64,000 nt of DNA. It comes from Escherichia phage vB_EcoM_G2469. Under the pieces are notes generated by a model that was not told the DNA's origin, ran no database searches, and was given only the letters and a program-made list of their open reading frames with translations. Each line of letters opens with the position of its first letter. Positions within the stretch are counted from its first letter, which is position 1. A program made the translations under genes and the position numbers. Shown here in pieces: positions 58,769 through 64,000 of this stretch. The stretch is from the sequence record MK327934.1, one strand, 5' to 3'.

Positions 58769-60573
58769 TGAAACAAAATATTAAAATTGGTAACGTCGTT
58801 GATGACGGACAAGGCGATTACCTTCGTCGAGGTGGTGAAAAGATAAATGAGAACTTTGACGAAATCTATTATGAATTAGGTGATGGTGAAGTTCCTTATG
58901 CCGCTGGCGCATGGAAGACTTATGATGCGGCTGATGGTCTTAATCTTAAGGCTGCTTGGGGTAAATCTTATGCAATTAATACTACTTCTGGACGGGTTTC
59001 GGTAAATCTTCCTAAAGGGACAATTGCAGACTATAATAAAGTTATTCGTGCTCGTGACGTATTTGCAACTTGGAACATTAACCCTGTTACTTTAATTCCG
59101 GCAAACGGAGACACGATTAAAGGTTCTTCATCTCCGGTAGAAATTAACGTTCAGTTCTCTGATTTAGAATTAGTTTATTGTGCTCCTGGACGTTGGGAAT
59201 ACATCAAGAACAAACAAATTGACAAAATAGTTAGCTCTGACATTAGTAACGTTGCTCGTAGAGAATATCTGGTTGAAACCCAAGGTCAGACCGATTTCAT
59301 GGATGTTTTTAATGGAACCTCTTATAACGTTAACAACATTCGCGTAAAACATCGTGGCAACGAATTGTATTATGGCGATGTATTCAGTGATAATAGTGAT
59401 TTTGGTTCTCCAGGCGCTAATCCTGGTGAACTGGTTGCACTTGATGGATTTAATATTAGATTACGCCAACCATGTAATGTTGGGGACACTGTACAAATTG
59501 AGACATTCCTAGATGGTGTTTCTCAGTGGCGTAGTTCATATACTCGTCGCCAAGTTCGCATTTTAGATAGTAAATTGACTGCTAAAAAGTCTATTGATGG
59601 AAGTATTTACGTCACTGATTTGAGTACGTTCCGGTCTATTCCATTTACAGCATTTGGTATTAATCCTACAGAACCACCTAACCCGAATTCGTTAGAAGTT
59701 CGCTTCAATGGTATTCTCCAAGAATTAGCTGGTACTGTTGGAACTCCTATTTTCCGTTGTGAAGGTGTGGATGCTGATTCTGAAGAGTCATGCGCTAATC
59801 TCGGTGGGACATGGACCCAATCGTATACAGATTATGCGATTGAATATACTGATAATATCCCTAGCGCAATTCTGTTTGACCGTCAATTTGAAGACCAAGA
59901 CATTATTACCATCACATGGTTTAATAACGATTTAGGAACTCTTCTTGAAATGGAAGAAATCCTTGATGTCGCTGATGAGAAATATGTTTCTCAAGGGTCT
60001 AACATTGAAATTACTGGTGACGTTGCATTAACCGATTTCGATAAAATTGGATGGCCTAATGTAGAACCTGTTCCTAAGTATGAACGTGAATTCTCGACTA
60101 TCTCAGCAATATTTGATACAATTTATCCTGTTGGGACTATTTACGAAAATGCGGTTAACCCTAATAATCCGGCCACTTATTTAGGTTTTGGTTCGTGGAA
60201 AATTTGGGGACAAGGCAAAGTATTAGCAGGTTGGAATGACGACGCGTCGGATCCTAATTTTGCATTAAATAATAATGACCTTGACGTCAATGGTAACCCT
60301 ACTCATACCGCAGGTGGTACTGTTGGTGTAACAACCGTCACATTAGAAAATGCTGATTTACCGGCTACACAAACCGATGAAAAGGTTCTTATTTCTGATG
60401 ATAATGGTACAGTAATTATAGGCGGTTGCCAATATGACCCGGATGAAGAAGGTCCTATTTACACTAAATATCGTGAAGACCATGCAAAGACTAACGGATC
60501 TCATGTTCCAGCGCGTTCTATAACTAATATTCAGCCATCTATAACTGTATACCGTTGGGTAAGGATTGCATAA
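58768..60573 (+). CDS. 10: baseplate wedge protein gp10
   Basis: 601-aa ORF, as T4 gp10. Confidence 0.9.
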   Translation: MKQNIKIGNVVDDGQGDYLRRGGEKINENFDEIYYELGDGEVPYAAGAWKTYDAADGLNLKAAWGKSYAINTTSGRVSVNLPKGTIADYNKVIRARDVFATWNINPVTLIPANGDTIKGSSSPVEINVQFSDLELVYCAPGRWEYIKNKQIDKIVSSDISNVARREYLVETQGQTDFMDVFNGTSYNVNNIRVKHRGNELYYGDVFSDNSDFGSPGANPGELVALDGFNIRLRQPCNVGDTVQIETFLDGVSQWRSSYTRRQVRILDSKLTAKKSIDGSIYVTDLSTFRSIPFTAFGINPTEPPNPNSLEVRFNGILQELAGTVGTPIFRCEGVDADSEESCANLGGTWTQSYTDYAIEYTDNIPSAILFDRQFEDQDIITITWFNNDLGTLLEMEEILDVADEKYVSQGSNIEITGDVALTDFDKIGWPNVEPVPKYEREFSTISAIFDTIYPVGTIYENAVNPNNPATYLGFGSWKIWGQGKVLAGWNDDASDPNFALNNNDLDVNGNPTHTAGGTVGVTTVTLENADLPATQTDEKVLISDDNGTVIIGGCQYDPDEEGPIYTKYREDHAKTNGSHVPARSITNIQPSITVYRWVRIA

Positions 60574-61232
60574 TGACTGTACTTAATACAAAGGCGGGAG
60601 TTATTTCCCGTCATGCTGATTTTTTGAATTACAGAAAAAATCCAGCTCAAATTGATGTTTTAAACAACCAAGCTGTAGGTTCCGTGACTATTTCTCAGTT
60701 AGCTCGTGGTTTTTATGACGCTAACGTAGAATCTGCAATAAATGATGTCCATAATATGGCACGAGCCGATATTGGTACTGTTGTCACAAACACTTCAGGC
60801 GTATCGCCTGAAGGTACAGCACAAGTTGATTATTGGACTTTTTCTGGTGATGTTCTCGACGATACTTTGGCCCCTGGAACGCCGGTCGTTATTAACGTAT
60901 TTGGACTTGCTGTTAAAGCAACAATCGGTATGACTGATAACGAATTAACGGCACAAGTTCGTATAGCTTTACAAGAAGCCATTGCTAATCAAATCGCTAT
61001 TTCTTCTTATAAAGACCATCCATCCGAAGGTAATAAACTTCAGGTGACATATTTAGATAACCAACGTCATGTGTTGCCAACATATGCTTCGTTTGGTGTA
61101 ACAATTTCGCAAGAAATTTTGTCTGAAGCAAAATCCGGATACGGAACATGGAATTTATTGGGTGCCCAAACGGTTACTCTTGATAACCATGATACTCCTA
61201 CCGTTTTCTACCACTTTGTGAGAGCCTCATGA
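60573..61232 (+). CDS. 11: baseplate wedge / short tail fiber attachment protein gp11
   Basis: Start MTVLNTKAG overlapping the gene 10 stop; 219 aa. Confidence 0.85.
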   Translation: MTVLNTKAGVISRHADFLNYRKNPAQIDVLNNQAVGSVTISQLARGFYDANVESAINDVHNMARADIGTVVTNTSGVSPEGTAQVDYWTFSGDVLDDTLAPGTPVVINVFGLAVKATIGMTDNELTAQVRIALQEAIANQIAISSYKDHPSEGNKLQVTYLDNQRHVLPTYASFGVTISQEILSEAKSGYGTWNLLGAQTVTLDNHDTPTVFYHFVRAS

Positions 61233-62812
61233 GTAATAACAATACATACCAACACGTTTCAAATGAATCTATTTACGTTGAATTCGACCCTACGGGGTCG
61301 AATTTTCCAGACACAGTCACTAATGTCCAAGCCGCATTAGCTGCCATTTCTCCTTCAGGTGTTAATGGCGTACCGGAAGCAACAACTACTACACCTGGAA
61401 TTATTCAAATAGCTACTCCACAAGAAGTTATTGATGGATTAGATAATAGTAAAGCTGTTACTCCAGCATCACTGAATGCTCGTCTACAATATCCTAATGC
61501 AACCGAAACTCAATATGGCTTAACTCGTTATGCTACTGAAGATGAAGCAGTAACAGGAACTATTGACGATGCATCAATTACTCCGCTTAAATTGAATCAA
61601 AAAATAGACGATGTATTTCAGACAAAAGTGTCAACAGAAGCAACAAATGGTGTAATTAAAATTTCAACTTCTGCTGCGGCATTAGCCGGTTCTGACGATA
61701 CAACGGCAATGACCCCGTTAAAAACGCAACAATTAGCAATTAAACTTATTTCGCAAATTGCTCCAAATAATAGTGACGCCACCGAATCTATTACCGGTGT
61801 TGTTCGTTTGGCTACAGTTGCTCAAGCGCAACAAGGCACCCTGCGTGAAGGCTATGCAATTTCACCTTATACCTTTATGAATTCAGTAGCATCAGAAACT
61901 AATAAAGGTGTCGTTAAACTAGGGACACAGACAGAAGTAAATAGTAACAACTCTTCAGTTGTAGTGACCGGCGCAACATTAAACGGACGTGGTGCTACAA
62001 CTTCTTTACGTGGAGTTGTTCGTTTAACTACACAAGTGGGTAGCCAATCAGGCGGTGATGGTTCTTCTGCCCTTGCTTGGAATGCTGATGTTATCCACCA
62101 ACGAGGCGGCCAAACTATTAATGGCACGCTTCGCATTAATAATACGTTGACGGTTGGTTCTGGTGGTGCTAATATAACTGGTAATGTCAATATGACTGGT
62201 GGTTATATTCAAGGCAATCGTATTGTGACTCAAAACGAATTAGACCGAATTCTTCCAGTTGGCGCTATTACAATGTGGGCTGCAGATAGTTTACCGAGTT
62301 CTGATTGGCGCTTCTGTCATGGCGGGACCGTTTCTGCTTCAGAATGTCCGGTATATGCTTCCAGAATTGGGACACGATATGGCGGTAGTTCTTCTAACCC
62401 GGGCTTGCCTGATATGCGTGGATTATTTGTTCGTGGCTCAGGTCGTGGCTCTCACTTAACAAATCCAAATGTTAATGGTAATGACCAGTTTGGTAAGCCT
62501 AGATTAGGTGTAGGTTGTACTGGTGGATATGTTGGTGAAGTACAGAAACAACAGATGTCTTATCATAAACACGCTGGCGGATTTGGTGAGCATGATGATT
62601 CTGGAGCATTCGGTAATACCCGTAGATCAAATTTTGTTGGTACACGTAAAGGACTTGACTGGGATAACCGTTCATACTTCACCAATGACGGATATGAAAT
62701 TGACCCGGCATCACAACGAAATTCCAAATATACATTAAATCGTCCTGAATTAATTGGAAATGAAACACGTCCGTGGAACATTTCTTTAAACTATATCATT
62801 AAGGTAAAATAA
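61229..62812 (+). CDS. 12: short tail fiber protein gp12
   Basis: 527-aa ORF, as T4 gp12. Confidence 0.9.
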   Translation: MSNNNTYQHVSNESIYVEFDPTGSNFPDTVTNVQAALAAISPSGVNGVPEATTTTPGIIQIATPQEVIDGLDNSKAVTPASLNARLQYPNATETQYGLTRYATEDEAVTGTIDDASITPLKLNQKIDDVFQTKVSTEATNGVIKISTSAAALAGSDDTTAMTPLKTQQLAIKLISQIAPNNSDATESITGVVRLATVAQAQQGTLREGYAISPYTFMNSVASETNKGVVKLGTQTEVNSNNSSVVVTGATLNGRGATTSLRGVVRLTTQVGSQSGGDGSSALAWNADVIHQRGGQTINGTLRINNTLTVGSGGANITGNVNMTGGYIQGNRIVTQNELDRILPVGAITMWAADSLPSSDWRFCHGGTVSASECPVYASRIGTRYGGSSSNPGLPDMRGLFVRGSGRGSHLTNPNVNGNDQFGKPRLGVGCTGGYVGEVQKQQMSYHKHAGGFGEHDDSGAFGNTRRSNFVGTRKGLDWDNRSYFTNDGYEIDPASQRNSKYTLNRPELIGNETRPWNISLNYIIKVK

Positions 62813-64000
62813 TGGCTGATATAACTCTGGTAGATTTACCATATGTTGACGGCCCGCCAGACGCGGGTCAGAGTCGTATTGAATGGATTAAAAACGATGA
62901 AGAAATAACAGGTGCTGACACAAAATACGGTTCTGAAGGTGTAATGAACCGCCCTATTGTTGAAGTTCAACGTAACGTAGAAGCGTTAGATGTTAATATT
63001 AAAACTATAGCATCTTCTTTGAATACGGCCAATGAAGATATCAAAGCTATTCAAGGTATTTTAGATGTTTCTGGGGACGTTGATGCTCTTGCACAGATAG
63101 GCCAGAACACCCAAGATATTGATGTCATTAAAGTCACAGTTCAAACCCATGCTAGTGAATTGAATGATTTGAATGAACATATTGATGCGAATACTGATGA
63201 TATTGGTGTTTATAATCAGGAAACAGATTCAGTTTATAGAACGGTTCGTAACGACCTGCTTTGGATTAAAAACGAATTAGGACAATATACTGGCCAAGAT
63301 ATTAATGGGGTTCCTACTCCAGGAAATGATAGCACTGGTATGAAACGCCGTATTATGACTAATAGCTCCGTAATTGTTGACCATGGTGTTCGATTAACTG
63401 ATTTAGAAACTAAATTTGCTGATTCTGACGTCGGCTCTTTAACTATTGAAGTCGAACACTTGCGCGAAGAAATGGGGCCTCGTACTTCTTTCACTACTCC
63501 AGTGTTTAGTCGTCTTTCCAGTATTGATTTAACTTTGTCGCGTCAAAATGCTGACTTGGATGGCATTAAACAGTCTATTGGGTATCCTAATACGACTTCT
63601 ATTATTACTACAACTAATGCGAATAGTTCAGCAATAAACGACATTAATCTTGAGCTCAATCAATCCGGTGGTATTAAACCTCGTTTGACTACAGTAGAAA
63701 CTGCCATTGGCGCTGATGATTTGCCTACTACAATCCAAGGACGTATTAAACTCAATACTGATGCTATCGGAGCATTGAACACTGTTGTCGGCTCTGATTC
63801 TTCGTCAGGATTGCGTTTTAATGTGTCATGGTTAAATAACGTAGTTGGTGTTGACGCTTCAGGTGGGAAACCGGAACCAGACGGCTCTTTGCTTTATCGT
63901 ACTCGAGAGCTCGAAGGAACTATCGGTGGGCTGAGTAATGACATTCAGAACATTCAAACCGATGTTGGGACTAATTCCACAGGAATTAAGGGTTCTGTAA
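62812..64000 (+). CDS. wac: fibritin (whisker antigen control) Wac, N-terminal part (continues beyond window end)
   Basis: From ATG 62812: [43 protein letters not shown]..., matches T4 fibritin N-terminus; open to window end. Confidence 0.9.
   Translation, partial: MADITLVDLPYVDGPPDAGQSRIEWIKNDEEITGADTKYGSEGVMNRPIVEVQRNVEALDVNIKTIASSLNTANEDIKAIQGILDVSGDVDALAQIGQNTQDIDVIKVTVQTHASELNDLNEHIDANTDDIGVYNQETDSVYRTVRNDLLWIKNELGQYTGQDINGVPTPGNDSTGMKRRIMTNSSVIVDHGVRLTDLETKFADSDVGSLTIEVEHLREEMGPRTSFTTPVFSRLSSIDLTLSRQNADLDGIKQSIGYPNTTSIITTTNANSSAINDINLELNQSGGIKPRLTTVETAIGADDLPTTIQGRIKLNTDAIGALNTVVGSDSSSGLRFNVSWLNNVVGVDASGGKPEPDGSLLYRTRELEGTIGGLSNDIQNIQTDVGTNSTGIKGSV

Noticed and set aside
49227-62781. 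Short ORFs on either strand embedded in the baseplate genes (e.g. 49659..49967, 50019..50327, 50464..50981, 53150..53458, 61867..62233, 62563..62781)
   Set aside because: Fully contained within long conserved structural genes in other frames; no independent support.

Overview
This window reads as a T4-like (Tevenvirinae) coliphage genome segment, and the gp43 N-terminus and gene order look closest to Escherichia phage RB69 from memory; that identification is unverified and needs a BLAST. Almost all genes from 1 to about 48.5 kb are on the minus strand: DNA polymerase gene 43 (N-terminal part), regA, clamp loader 62/44, sliding clamp 45, rpbA, recombination nuclease 46/47, late sigma factor 55, the anaerobic nrd cluster (nrdH-like, nrdG, nrdD), endonuclease VII (49), nrdC, a long block of small accessory genes, tk, regB, a GrcA/YfiD-like glycyl-radical protein, internal proteins, denV, lysozyme e, nudE, two tRNAs, 57B (Acb1-like), 57A and genes 1, 3, 2, 4. 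From 48.6 kb the plus strand carries the late baseplate genes 53, 5, 5.1, 5.4, 6, 7, 8, 9, 10, 11, 12 and the start of wac. The most striking anomaly is a perfect 55-bp tandem duplication inside gene 45 that breaks its reading frame. Other points worth a second look are two HNH-nuclease genes flanking gene 46 (one on the opposite strand with its own late promoter), a macro-domain-like protein, a nucleotidyltransferase-fold protein beside a P-loop ATPase, a recurring promoter cassette with inverted repeats around the -10 element, promoters whose spacer is complementary to the downstream Shine-Dalgarno, a frame-split small gene next to gene 55, and a tRNA-like RNA region. All names rest on motif recognition, recalled T4/RB69 protein sequences and synteny; no database search was run.
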